A stretch of 64,000 nucleotides of DNA. It comes from Camelus ferus (Eukaryota). The first letter of the stretch is position 1, and each line of letters opens with the position of its first letter. A program made the translations under genes and the position numbers. Of the stretch, positions 1 through 12,348 are shown in pieces. The stretch is taken from the NCBI RefSeq assembly GCF_009834535.1, contig NC_045697.1, forward strand, positions 59,584,001 through 59,648,000. The letters are read 5' to 3'. The notes below the pieces were generated by a model. It saw nothing but the letters and a program-made list of their open reading frames with translations, ran no database searches and had not been told where the DNA came from.

Positions 1-26
1 ATGATATAAGTGAAAACCAACTTAGG

Positions 27-71
27 GCAATGGGTTTCAACTTTGGTTATCACTTGAAATCATCTGGGAAA
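27..71 (+). mobile_element. MER5-like (hAT-Charlie) DNA transposon end fragment
   Basis: caatgggtttcaactttggttatcacttgaaatcatctgggaa resembles the recalled MER5 terminus (cagtggttctcaaactt...gaatcacctgggga). Short and cut off by the following L1. Confidence 0.35.
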
Positions 72-1048
72 TTTTTTTATTGGTATATAACTGACATATA
101 ACATTGTATAAATTTAAATTGTATAACCTATTGATTTAATACATTTATATGTTGCAGTATGATTACCACCAGCACTAACACCTCATCACATAAATATCAG
201 TACTTTTTTGCAGTGAGAACATTTAAGTCTAGTCTTTTTTGACAATTTTGAAGTATATGGCATGGTATTGTTGATGATGATCACTATGCTATGCATTAGA
301 TCTCCAGAACATATTCATCTTGTAGTTGCACAATTGTAGCCTTTAACAGCATCTTAATTCTCCCCACCCAGGACCTGGTAAACACCATTCTACTCTGTTT
401 CTACAAGTTAAGCTTTTTTAGATTCTACATATAAGTGATATTATTCCATATTTGTCTTTATCTGCCTTGTTTCACTTAGCAGAGTACCCTCAGGGTCCAT
501 CCATGTTGTTGCAAATGGCAGTATTTCCTTCTTTCTTTCTCATGGTTTAACAATATGCCATTGTATCTCCCATATAGATAGATGGATAGATACCATGTTT
601 TCATTCCCTCTGGTTATATACCTAGAAGTGGGATTGCTAGATCATACTATGATATAGATCATGATAGTGCTATATAAATTTTTTGAGAAACTTCCATATT
701 GTTTTCCACAGTGGCTAAATATTCCCAGTGACAATGTAAAAGTGTCCTCTTTTCTTGACATATTCATCAACACTTGTCTCTTGATGATAATCATTTAACA
801 GAATGAGGTGGTAACTCATAGTATTGATTTGCATTTCCCTAATGATTAGTGATAACTATATTTTCATTTCCCTGTTGGTCATCTGTGTGTCTTCTTTGGG
901 GAAATGTCTATTCAGGTCATCTGCCCATATCTTAATCAGTTTGCTTATTTTTTTTCTTATTGAGTTGCATGAGTTATTTATATATTTTGACTATTAACTC
1001 CTTATCTAACATAGTTTGCAAATATTTTCTCCCATTCTGTAGGTTGCC

Positions 1049-1277
1049 TTTTTTATTGAAGTATAGTCAGTTTACAATGTTATGTCAATTTATGGTGTAC
1101 AGCACAATACTTCAGTCATATAGGAACATACATATATTCATCTTCATATTCTTTTTCACTATAGATTACAAGATACTGAATATAGTTCCCTGTGCTATAC
1201 AGTATAAACTAGTTTATCGGATTTTGTGAGAATCCTCCTGTATTTCGAAATGAGAGGTGCTCTGCCAGAATTCAGTA
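1049..1277 (-). mobile_element. Short young L1-derived insertion: ~170 bp of 3' UTR terminus plus a 59-bp segment resembling L1 5' UTR
   Basis: 1049-1218 is the reverse complement of the L1 3' terminus seen at ~62622-62793. The host L1 resumes at ~1278 (ttattttgttgattg). Confidence 0.85.
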
Positions 1278-1681
1278 TTATTTTGTTGATTGTTTCTTTT
1301 GCAGTGCAGATTAATTTTTAGTTTGATATAGTCCAACTTGTTGATTTTTGCTTTTGTTTCTTGTGCTTTAGGTGTCATATCCAAGACCACTGTCAAGGAG
1401 CTTTTCTCTGTATTTTCTTCTAGGAATTTTACAGTGTCAGTTTTATGTGTAAACCTTTAATCCATTTTGAATTAATTTTTGTGAGTGGTGTAAGGGATTG
1501 CCTTACATTTTTCTACATGTGTTTTTATCCAGTTTTCTCTTAACCATTTGTTATAAAAACTATCCTTTCTCCACTGCATGTTCTGAACTCCCTTGTCAAG
1601 TATTAGTTGACTATGTGGGGGGTTGTTTCCAGGCTCTCTATTCTGTTCCATTGGACTATGTTTCTATTTCTATGCTAGTAC

Positions 1682-2300
1682 TGTTGTGGGCAGGAGGTTC
1701 TTGTCTTGTTGCAGAAAGAATTCAGAGACAAGACGCAGAGGTGAAGAAAGCAAAGCAAGGATTTTTTAAGGGATAGATAGTATGATCTCAAGGAAAGAGC
1801 AGACAGACCCAGGTAGGTGGCTGCCCTGAGTTTCCTTGGCAAGCTCATTATATGGATGTAAAAATGAATGGGCAGAATATTCATTGGTCGGGGGGGTGGG
1901 GTTTGGGGTCATCTTTCCTGATCTTCATCCCAGCTCCACCTTCCCAGGTGGGGAGGAGAGATTTTTCAACCTTATTTAATCTTGATCAGGAAGTTGAATG
2001 AGGTCCTAATGAACAAAAGGTTACATTTAGATGAGGGTATTATAAGCAAAAGGTTACATTTGGACATAGGTCATCATGATCAAAAGGTTACATTTGGATG
2101 GTGGGGATTCCTGTCCTGTCCCACCCTTCTGCCCCCAGAACATTTAACCCAGAAGGTATGGTTTTTTTTAATCAGTCCAGAGGATCCTGTTTTTCTTAGT
2201 CTGTCCAAGGACACCTGTTGCTCACAAGATGTATGGTTTTCTGCCATTTGCCCATGTCCCCCTTTCTCTACTCATATCTAGCTAACTGCCTGTTCTAACA
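1682..2300 (-). mobile_element. ERV1-class solo LTR (619 bp) with 4-bp TSD
   Basis: TG...CA termini (TGTTG/TAACA) flanked by GTAC at 1678-1681 and 2301-2304, splitting the host L1 motif ...agtaccatactg. Minus strand has CACCC, CCAAT (1883-1887) and TATAAT (1847-1852), followed by a U5-like tgtctctgaattctttc...agacaagaacc. Confidence 0.9.
2014..2099. repeat. Three direct repeats of CAAAAGGTTACATTT(A/G)GA in the LTR U3 region
   Basis: Copies start at 2014, 2047 and 2081 (spacing 33 and 34 bp). Confidence 0.95.
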
Positions 2301-4984
2301 GTACCATACTGTTTTCAACTATGGTAGATTTATAATATAGTTAGAATTCAGGAAGTGTGATGCCTCTGGCTTCATTCTTCTTTCTCAGGCTTTCTCTGGC
2401 TATTCTAGGTCTCTTTTGGTTCCATATGAACTTTGAGGTTTTTTAGAATATTTCTGTGACCAATGCTATTGCAATTTTAATAGGTATTGCACTGAATATA
2501 TAAATGGCTTTGGGTAGTATGGACATTTGAACAATATTAATTATTCTGACCCATGAAAATGGGATGTTTTTCTTTCTTTGTGAGTCTTCAACTTCTTTCA
2601 TTAAAATCCTGTCGTTTTAATTGTACAATTCTTTCACTTCCTTGGTTAAATTTATTCATAAGTATTGTGTTGTTTTTGATTCTACTGTAAATGGAATGGC
2701 TTGCTTTCTTCTTCAAATATTTAACTGTATCTAGAGACACAACTGATTTTTGTATGTTGCTTTTATACCCTGCAACTTTACTGAATTTGTTGATTAGTGC
2801 CAACAGTTTTTTTGGTTCAGTCTTGAGGATTTTCTACATATAACATTATATCATCTGCAAACAATGACAGTTTTACTTCTTCCTTTATGATTTGACTCCT
2901 TTTATTTCTTTATCTTGCCTGGTTACTCTGGCTAGGACTTCCAATAATATGTTGAATAACAATGGGCACCCTTGTCTTGTTCCTGATCTTTGAGGAAAAT
3001 CTTTCACTACTGAGTATGTTAACTGTAGGTTTATTGTATATGACTTTTATTATATTGAAATATATTCCTTTTATACCTAATTTGTGGACAGTTTTTGTTA
3101 TGAAAAGATGTTTATCAAATGCTTTTTCTGCATCTATTGAGATGATCATGTGATTTTTTTTTAGCTTTCATTTTTTAATGTGGTGTATCACATTTATTGA
3201 TTTGCACATGTTGAACCATCATTGCATCTTAGAGGTAATTCCCACTTGACTATGATTATATGTTGTGGACTTGTGCTAATATTTGTTAAAAAATTTTGCA
3301 TCTCTATTAATCAGGGATATTGGTCTATAGTTTTCTCATAGTGTTCTTATCTAGCTTTGGTATCTAATTCTACAAGGCCAGCATTACTTAGTTTAGGAAT
3401 GTTCTCTCCTTTTCTATTTTTTGGAAGACTTTTGATAAGGATTGGAATTAACTCTTCTTTAAATGTCTGATAGAATTCAGTGAAGCTATCTGGTCCTGGG
3501 ATTTTCTGTGTTGGTAGGTTTTTTATTACTGATCTAATCTCCTTACTAGTTACTGGTCTGTTCGGGTTTTCTACTTCTTCATGTTTCAGTCTTGGTAGAT
3601 TGGATAAATTCCTAGAAACTTTTTTTCTATGTTATCCAATTTGTTGGCATGTAATTGTTCACAGTAATTTTGAGTGATTTTACATATTTCTGTGGTATCA
3701 GTTACAATACTTCCTTTTTTACTTCTTACTTTGAGTCTTCTCTTATTTTCTAAGTTAGCCTAGCTAAAGGTTTGTCAATGTCAACAGCTCTGAGTTTTTT
3801 TGATCTTTTCTATTGTTTTCCTGATCTCTATTCAGTTTGTTTGCTGTTTTATTCCTTCTGCTAACTAGAGCTTAGTTTGTTTTTCTTTTTCTAGTTCCTT
3901 AAGATGTAAAGTTAGGTGGTTTATTTGAGATGTATTTCCTTAACATTTGCATTTATTACTATAAACTTCCCTCTCAGAATTGCTTTTCAACATTCCATAT
4001 GTTTTTGTTTATATTTTAATTTTCACTTGTTTCAATATATTTTTTTGACTTCCCCTTTGATTCTTCTTCAACCCACTGGTTGTTCAGAGGTAAGTTGTTT
4101 TGTTTCCATATGTCTGTAAATTTTCCAGTTTTCCTTTTTTGTTGATTCAGAGTTACATACCATTATGGTCAGAAAACATCCTTGGAACAATTTGTCTTAA
4201 ATTTCCCAAGACTTGTAATACTTAGCACTTTACAGTTCAAAGATCTTTTTCTTCCCTATTCTTTCTCCCAAGGGAATCTTAGTTGCCAAATACAAGTTCA
4301 CATATTAAAGCAGCACTTAGTAATATTGGAAGTGGTTTTTCTCCACCCATTCTGCTAGCCACTTCTCAGTTACAGACTGTTTTCACTTGGTCAGGGACAC
4401 TGGTCTCTCTTCAGCATCTGCTGCTGTTGTACAAAATTCTGCCATGATTTTAGGTTGACTTGGCCTATGGTACATCCTATGTAAATGTTCTTTTTTTCCA
4501 AACTTGAGAATTTTTCAACTCTACTGATCCTTTCAGCCATTCACATACCCATCTTGAGAGACAGAGCACAGAAACTCTCAGCAAGGGAAAGCAAATTGCC
4601 CTCAAGGTTATTCAGCTAAACAACAGTCTTTCACCCATTACCACTCCATTTTTCTGGTACCTAAATAGAATCAATAATTGAGGGTCTATCCCTTATATCT
4701 AAATATTTGAAGACATGATGTTTGAAAGAAATCATGTGTTATTTCAGACAGTAGAACTAGGACAACTATGTGGTACCTTATCTACCTTCAGTCTCTAATT
4801 TTCAAATGCACAGCTTTGTTTCTGATGGTGAAGCAAGATAAGCTGTTTGCTAGGTTGGGCCTTAATTCTAGCTCTTCCACAGTCTGGGAGGCTATCCTGT
4901 AAGGCTGAGCTTTGATTTCCCTTTTGATTTCTTCTCAAGAAAAAGGCACCCCCAAAACACCTCATCTCAGAAGTCCCCCAGTCA

Positions 4985-5165
4985 CCTCCTTTCATATCGC
5001 CCTGCTTTCCTTTCATTAAAGCACATACATGATATTTTATTATTTTGTCTTTCTCCACTTCATGGTGAGAGCAGGAAGTTTTTCCTATGTCACGCTTATC
5101 TCCAAAATACAGACTCTGGTCTGGCACATCATGGCTAAATGGTTGCTTAATGAATGAATGATATG
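4985..5165 (+). mobile_element. L2 3'-end fragment
   Basis: Ends ...ctggcacatcatggctaaatggttgcttaatgaatgaatga, typical of the L2 tail. Heavily diverged. Confidence 0.45.
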
Positions 5166-6516
5166 TGAATAAACACATATGTTTCTTATCTCTTATTTAA
5201 TTGTGGCAAGGGCATGAGAAACATAGTTCTGAAGACATTTTTTTTTACTGGCTGCTATTCAACTGTTCATAATACTTCATATTATTAAGTATTTTGGATA
5301 ACAAATACAGCTAAATCTACTATAGTAAATAGGTTATTAAATTTATGATTATTGAAGCCTGAATGCAAATTTTAAAATAAACTTTGTACTAGAAATTACT
5401 TTGTTTTAACATAGTAGAACATTACTTTTAAGTACCAGAGGAAATAATATTTGAGTTCAATTAGAGAAAGTTAAGAAAATTAGGCATTTATAATGTGTAA
5501 CAAAAAAAATATTGAAATCTAGGAAATTAGAAAGATAATATATTGTAAAAAGATACTATATTAAGACTAGACTATAATTTCACTTTTTTTTTTTAAAAGT
5601 TACTTATTGAAAAGCTCTTGTAGAAGGAAATAGATATTCTGAAAATGGAGCAAAGAGATGAAAAGAAACAATACAAAGAGTTACTTAGAATTTAAGAAAG
5701 CACACTGAAATAGAAAGCCAAATACAGAATGATTATATTGTTCATAAATAGCTTTTAAGATTATTAAAAAAGCATTTACAAAGGTCTCATACTCAGGGGA
5801 AATATTCTAAAAGAGAAGTACACCAGAAAGTAAGAACATTAATGATGATGTTAAAATGCATACTGTCATCTTATTTGTCAATTTTCTTATTAAACTGTAG
5901 ACAAGTGAAAAATAAAGACCTTGAAAAATTGTCAGTTGACAAAAAGTAGATAAAAGAGTAATAATTAGAAAAATATGCCTTATGCAAATCAGTGGGAATC
6001 GCTGACCTTATTTTCTAAGATTTTTCAAAGGATTGCTTTATGCACTTACAATTTCTGAAAAGTCATCCAGACACAAGGCTGTATTGTCTGGTATGTGAAA
6101 AGTCATTTAATTTTGAAAAGCTCCTGAAAGTCTGTAAGCAGTCACAGTGAATCTAATTAGAAGGATAAGTCTAATGGGGTATCAGAGATTTGTTGCTACA
6201 TTGCCATGCTTAAAATCTTCAGCAGTTTGGAAAAAGCAAAAAGCTAACTATGCAAATGATCTTTGTAAATGCTAGTAAATAAGCAGACACTACAAAAACT
6301 AGTGGAAATTAAAATGTTATAAATAGCTTTAAGCTGTTAGTTCAATTTATCAAATTTTGGCATGCTGTAAATAGCAACAAATCTAAATCTCAAAGATTTC
6401 TGAATCTTCACTCTGACTTTAACAGAGCTGAATATTGAATGTATCTTTATATTTTAAGACCTATCTCAATCATCCCCACTGGAAGATGAAAGACAGTTGA
6501 TATATTATATTCTTAC

Positions 6517-6615
6517 TCATCTCTCTTATAAGTAAAATTTGAGCAAATAAATGAGAAGCAGTAACTGCTCTTATTGGTCAGTTTTCTGGTTGGATTTTCA
6601 CCAACTGTATTGCTC
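6517..6615 (-). other. Candidate 99-nt internal exon (unassigned)
   Basis: Minus strand: branch-like CTTAC, then cctttctttttAG|GAGC... TGA|GTAAGA. One open frame, SNTVGENPTRKLTNKSSYCFSFICSNFTYKRD. Protein not recognised. Confidence 0.2.
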
Positions 6616-6813
6616 CTAAAAAGAAAGGTCCATTGTAAGAATCTAATGGATAGAAGCAAAATTCTCCAACACACCACCTTCCAGGAAAGATTGTAATGCA
6701 CATCTACCAATTTTATAACAAAATAAGATTGGAAGGAAAATACATGAATCATCAAATCATCAAGCTGGTAAAAGACTTTTGCCAAATGGAAGCAAGATTT
6801 ATTTGGTCTGCAC

Positions 6814-7141
6814 TGAAGCCCTAATCCCCAATGTGATGATATCTGGAAGCAGGGCCTTGGAGAAATAATTAGGTTTAGATGAAGTCATGAGGGTGTAACC
6901 CCTATGATATGATTAGTGTACTTATAAGAAGAGACCAGAGAGTGGGCACACTCTTTCTCACAGTCATATGGGAATATGGCAAGAGGCATCTGTCTCCAAA
7001 CCAGGGAGAGGGTCCTAACCAGACACTGAATCAGTTGGAACCCTGAGTTTGAACTTTTCAGGCTCCAGAACTGTGAAGAATAAATGTTTAAGCCACTCAG
7101 TCCGTGGTAATTTGTTATAGTGGCCCAAGCTGACTAATACA
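6814..7141 (+). mobile_element. MaLR LTR (MLT1A-like)
   Basis: aagccctaatccccaatgtgatg...ttataagaagagaccagagag...ccagaactgtgaagaataaatg...gctgactaataca. 5' end missing. Confidence 0.85.
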
Positions 7142-7161
7142 GACTGAATATAAAATGGTAA

Positions 7162-10100
7162 CACATAGTCTCAATAAACGTAGGAAGACTAAAATCATAT
7201 CAAGCATCTTTTCCAACCACAATGCTAGGATAATAGAAACCAACTACCACAGACAAATTGTAAAAAACCCAACATACTTGGAGGTGAAACAATATGCTAT
7301 TAAACAACCAATGAGTTACTGAAGAAATCAAAGAGGAAATCAAAAAATACCTGGAGATAAAATAAAAAAGAACACAGCCATCCACAAATCTGTGGGATGC
7401 AGAAAAGAAAGTTATATGAGGGAATTTATAGAGATACAAGCCTACATCAGCAAACAAGAAAAATATCAAATAAACAATCTAACTTTACACTTAAAAGAAC
7501 TAGAGGGAAAAACGAACAAACAAAATAGAAGACGTGGAAAGCATGATCAGACCAATTAACAGTAATGAAATGAAATTGAATCAGTAATAAAATAAACTGT
7601 CAATGAACAAAAGTCTTGGACCAGATGGCTTCACAGGTGAACTCTACCAAACATTTAAAGAAGAGTTAACATCCTTCTTAAACTATTCCAAGAAAATTAG
7701 AGGAAGAAATGCTTCTGAGTTTATTCCATGAGGCCAGCATCACCCTGATAGCAAAACCAGACAAATATATCACAAAATTATCATGAAATAGACAAATATA
7801 TCACAAAAATATCACAAAAAAGATTAGGCCAAGATCGTTGATCAACTTGATGCAAAAACCCTCAACAAAATATTAGCAAACCAAATTCAACAATACATTA
7901 AAGGGTCATACACCATATTCAAGTGGGATTTATCCCAGGAGTGTAAGGATAGCTCAGTATCTGAAAATCAATCAATGTGATACACCAAATTAACAGATTT
8001 AAGAATAAATATCATATTATCATCTCAATAGATACAGAAAAATCTTTTGACAAAATTCAACATCCATTTATGTTAAAAAAAAAAAAAAACAACTTTCCAG
8101 AAAGTGGGTATAAAGGGAACATGTGTCAAAATGATAACGGTCATTTATGACAAGCCCACAGCTAACATCATACTTATCAGTGAAAAGCTGAAAGCATTTC
8201 CTCTAAGATCAGGAAAATGACAATTATGCACATTCTCACCACTTTTATTCAACATAGTATTGGAAGTCCAAGCTACTGCAATCAGAGAAGAAAAAGAAAT
8301 AAAAGGTCCAAATTAGAAAATTAAAACTATTACTGTTTGCAGATGGCATGATGCTATATAGAAAATCCTAAAGGTACCTCCCAAAACTGTTAGAACTCAT
8401 CAAGAAATACAGTAAAGTTGCAGGTTGCAAAACGAATATACAGAAATTGCACTTCTATCTATTAACAACAAACTAGCAGAAAGAGAAATTAAGAAAATAA
8501 TTCCACTTACAATCACATCAAAAAGAAAATAATATCTAGGAACAAATCTAAGGAGGTAAAAAACTGTACTCAGAAAAGTATGTCATTAATGAAAAAAATA
8601 GAAGACAACACTAACAAATGAAAATATATACTGTGATCATGGATTGGAAGAATTAATATTGTTTAAATGACAACACTATCCAAGGAAATCTACAGATTCA
8701 ATGCAATCCCTATCAAAATACCAATGGCATTTTCCACAGAACAAACAATTCTAAAATTTTTATGGAAACCGAAAAGATCCCAAATATCCAAAACAATCTT
8801 GAGAAAAACGAACAAAGCTGGAGAAATTATGCACCCTCATTTCAAACTATATAACAAAGCTATGGTAATGAAAATAGTATAGTAATGGCACAAAATCAGA
8901 ATATAGCTCTATGGAACAGAATAGAGAATTGAACCCACAGTTACATAGTCAATCTACAACAAACAAAGCAAGAATATATAATGGGAAAAAAGATAGTCTC
9001 TTCAATAAATGGTGTTAGGAAACTGATTAGCTACATGTAAAAGAATCAAACTGGACTTCTTTTCACACCATGTTCAAAAATAAACTCAAAATGGATCAGA
9101 CTTAAATGTAAGTTTTGAAATCAATTCCAGAAGAAAACATAAACTTTACACTCTTTGACATCAGTCTTAGCAATATATTTTTGAATATGTCCCCTCAGAC
9201 AAGGAAAACAAATGCAAAAATAAACAAATGGAACTACATAAAACTAAAAAGCTATTGCACAGTAAAGAAAATTATCAAGAAGATGGAAAGGCAGCCTACT
9301 GAATGGGAGGAAATTTGCAAACAATATCTGATAAGGGGTTAATATAAAAAACATATAAAGAATTCATATAATTCAACATCAGAAGATCAAACAATCTGAT
9401 TAATAATTCAGCATAGGACCTGAATAGGCATTTTTCCAAAGATATAGAGATAGGCAAATGGCACATGAAAAGATGCCCAACAGCACTATTAATCACAAAT
9501 ACAAATCAAACCCACAGTGAGGTATCAACTAACATCTGTCAGAATGGCTATTATAAAAAAGATCAAAAAAAGAAGTGTTGGTAAGGATATGGAGAAAGAA
9601 CACTTGTACAACATTGGTGGGAATATAATTTAGTGCAGCCAGAATGAAAAACAGTATGGATGCTCCTAAAAACATTAAAAATCAAACTATCATAAGATTT
9701 AGAAATTCTACTTCTGGATATTTTTCTAAAGAAAATGAAAATGGGAATTCAAAATAATACATGCACTTGTTTGTTCTTTGTAGCACTATTTACAATAGCT
9801 AAGATATGAAAGCAACCTAAATATCCACAGGTAAATGAGTGGATAAAGAAAATATGGTATATTCAAAAAAATGGAATATTACTCAGACATAAAAAGAATG
9901 AAATCTTGCCATTTGTGACAACATGGGTGAACATAGAGGAATTTTGCTAAGTGAAATGAGACAAACAGAAAAACAAATACTGCCTGAATCTATCTATGTG
10001 TGGAATCTAAAAAAACAATGCAAATAAACAAATAAAACAGTCATAGATAATAGAACAAACAGGTGGTTTCCAGAGAGGAGGTGAGTAGAGGAATGAGAGA

Positions 10101-10702
10101 AATAGATGAGTTGGATTAAGATGTACAAGCTTCTAGTTACAAAATAAATGGGTCATGGGTATGAAATACATAGTGTGAGGAGTATAGCCCATAATAATAT
10201 TATGTATGTGTATGGTGACAGATGGTAACTGGATTTACTCTGGTGATGATTTTGGAATGTGTAGAATACTTAATACACTGTTGTGCACCAGGAACTAACA
10301 CAGTTCTGTAGGTCAATTATAATTCAAAAATGAACTCACTTACTCACAGAAAAAGAGATCAGATTTGTGTTTACCAGAAACAGGGGGCAGGAGAAGTATG
10401 AATTGGATCAGGGTTGTCAAAAGGCACAAACTTCTAGTTATAAGATAAATAAGTACTAGAGATGTAATATACAACAAGATAATAACATTGCTGTATGCTA
10501 TATGTGAAAATTACTAAGAAAAAAAACGAGTTATTACAAGAAAGTATTTTTTTTCTTTTTATTTGATTTTGTATCTATATGAGATGATAGCTGTTCACTA
10601 AACTTACCATGGTAATCATTTCATGTTGGAAATCATTATGCTGTATACCTTAAACTTATAAAATACCATATGTCAATTATATCTCAGTAAAACTAAAGGA
10701 AA
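7162..10702 (+). mobile_element. 5'-truncated LINE-1 (ORF2 plus two-module 3' UTR) with 15-bp TSD
   Basis: TSD AATATAAAATGGTAA (7147-7161) / AACATAAAATGGTAA (10703-10717). RT-like ctgtttgcagatggcatg at ~8333; [15 protein letters not shown] (8667-8882). Internal deletion near 7530. Confidence 0.93.
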
Positions 10703-10899
10703 AACATAAAATGGTAAAATATCACTACAGATATGTATAATTGCTTTTCTTTGCATAATGTTATGAATTGCACAATTCTTAAGCTGTCATGGAAAGCTGA
10801 ATAAGAAGGGAGAGAAAAATCCCCATTAGCAGAGGATAACTATTCATGTCTTATCTAAATTCATTGACTTCACATCATTTTAAAACTAATCACCAAGGA

Positions 10900-11392
10900 A
10901 TCACTGAAAAGTCTACAAATGATGGATGCTGGAGAGGGTGTGGAGAAAAGAGAACCCTCCTACACTGTTGATGGGAATGTAGATCGGTGCAGACACTATG
11001 GAGGACAGTATGGAGGTTCCTTAAAAGACTGAAGAGACTTACCATGTGATCCAGCAATCCCACTCCTGGGCATATATCTGGAGAAGAATAAAATTCAAAA
11101 AGACACATGCACCCCAATGTTCACAGCAGCACTATTTACAATAGCCAAGACATGGAAACAACCCAGATGTCCATCAACAGATGACTGGATAAAGATGTGG
11201 TACATGTATACAATGGAACACTACTCAGCCATAAAAAAGAATAAAATAATGCCATTTGCAGCAATATGCATGGACCTGAAGATTGTCATTCTAAGTGAAC
11301 TGGGCTGGAAAGAGAAAGAAAAATGCCATATGATATCACTTATATGAGTAATCTAAAAATAATAACAATAGTAGTAAGGACACAAATGAACT
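10900..11392 (+). mobile_element. L1 ORF2 C-terminal / 3' UTR fragment, truncated at both ends
   Basis: tgctggagagggtgtggagaaaag...; [26 protein letters not shown] (11117-11347). Confidence 0.9.
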
Positions 11393-11874
11393 AATTATTA
11401 TTTTGATTTCTTGAATATGTGTAAGCATATTTGACTGTCCTTTATGATTGGATTACTGCATTCTGTTGATTCTTATTTTGTAGTTGGCTTTATTCCTTTG
11501 ATAACTATGTAAGTTTAAAAAGCTAAAGATCTAATCTGTTCTTAGAAACAATAATTAGTACATATATGTAAACTAAAAAGTGCAGTATACAGTATATATA
11601 TTTACATGGAATATAATGTGTATGTGCAGTCGAACTGTAATAATTCTTCCTAATAAAAGGAGGAAGAAGAAAAACCAATCATCAAGGATGTCTTAATACA
11701 TGCCAAAAGTAGTTCAGTGAGGTTCTGATCAACACCAGTTACATTTTTCAATAAGAAATGTCATATTATGTTCCTGCCTTGTTGGTCCCTAAATAATATT
11801 TTTAAACTATCTTTTAACTATCTCTTAATTAAGGCTACAAAGTAAAAGTCAAATAATTGTGTAGTTTTAAGGCT

Positions 11875-12348
11875 TGTGATGGTTAATTTTATGTGTCAAT
11901 TTAGCTAGGTGAGGCTATGGTGCCCTATTGTTTGATCAAACATTAGTCTAGATGTTTCTGTGAATGTTTTTTGTAAGTGTGATTAAAACTTACGAGCACT
12001 TTTTTTTAAGTAGAGAGGATTACCCTTGTTAATGGTGAGTGGGCATTATTCAATCAGTTAAAGGCCTTAAGAGAAAAAAAAAAATGAATCTTCCTGAAGA
12101 AGAAGGAATTCTTTCTCAAGACTGTAACTGGCTGAAGTTCTAGCCTCCCAGTCTGCTATGTGGGTTTTGATTCAAGACAAACACCAACTCTTATTGGAAT
12201 TTCTAACCTGCCAAACTGACCTACAGATTTTGAATCTACCAGTTTCCACAATCAAGAGGCATTCCCCTAAGATAAATCTATATATTTTATCTACCTATAT
12301 ATCTATATCCTATTGCTTTTGTTTCCTTAGAGAATCCTGACTAATAAA
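11875..12348 (+). mobile_element. ERVL LTR (MLT2-like)
   Basis: Starts tgtgatggttaattttatgtgtcaa and ends tgtttccttagagaatcctgactaataaa, matching recalled MLT2 termini. Confidence 0.85.

Larger units (their letters stand above)
72..4216 (-). mobile_element. Degenerate 5'-truncated LINE-1 (L1MA-like 3' UTR plus ORF2), interrupted by two younger insertions
   Basis: Minus-strand ORF2 remnants: [13 protein letters not shown] (2910-3149), LINKFSKVAGYKSNIQKSV (2588-2803), TPKAQETKAKINKLDYIKLK (1214-1396). Reversed L1 3' UTR at the left end. Many stops and frameshifts. Confidence 0.93.

Noticed and set aside
1982..2281. 99-aa ORF with repeated KRLHLD
   Set aside because: It is the antisense translation of the LTR U3 repeats, with a non-ATG start and no gene context.
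6050..6123. Second minus-strand AG...GTAAGT pair and a small CCAGACA/TGTCTGG hairpin
   Set aside because: The pyrimidine tract is weak, splicing to the 6517-6615 candidate gives a stop codon, and the stem is too short for a pre-miRNA.
7759..7820. Local duplication of AGACAAATATATCACAAAA (similar small duplications at ~16530-16580 and ~50627-50661)
   Set aside because: Ordinary two-copy slippage duplications with no array or spacer structure, so not CRISPR-like.
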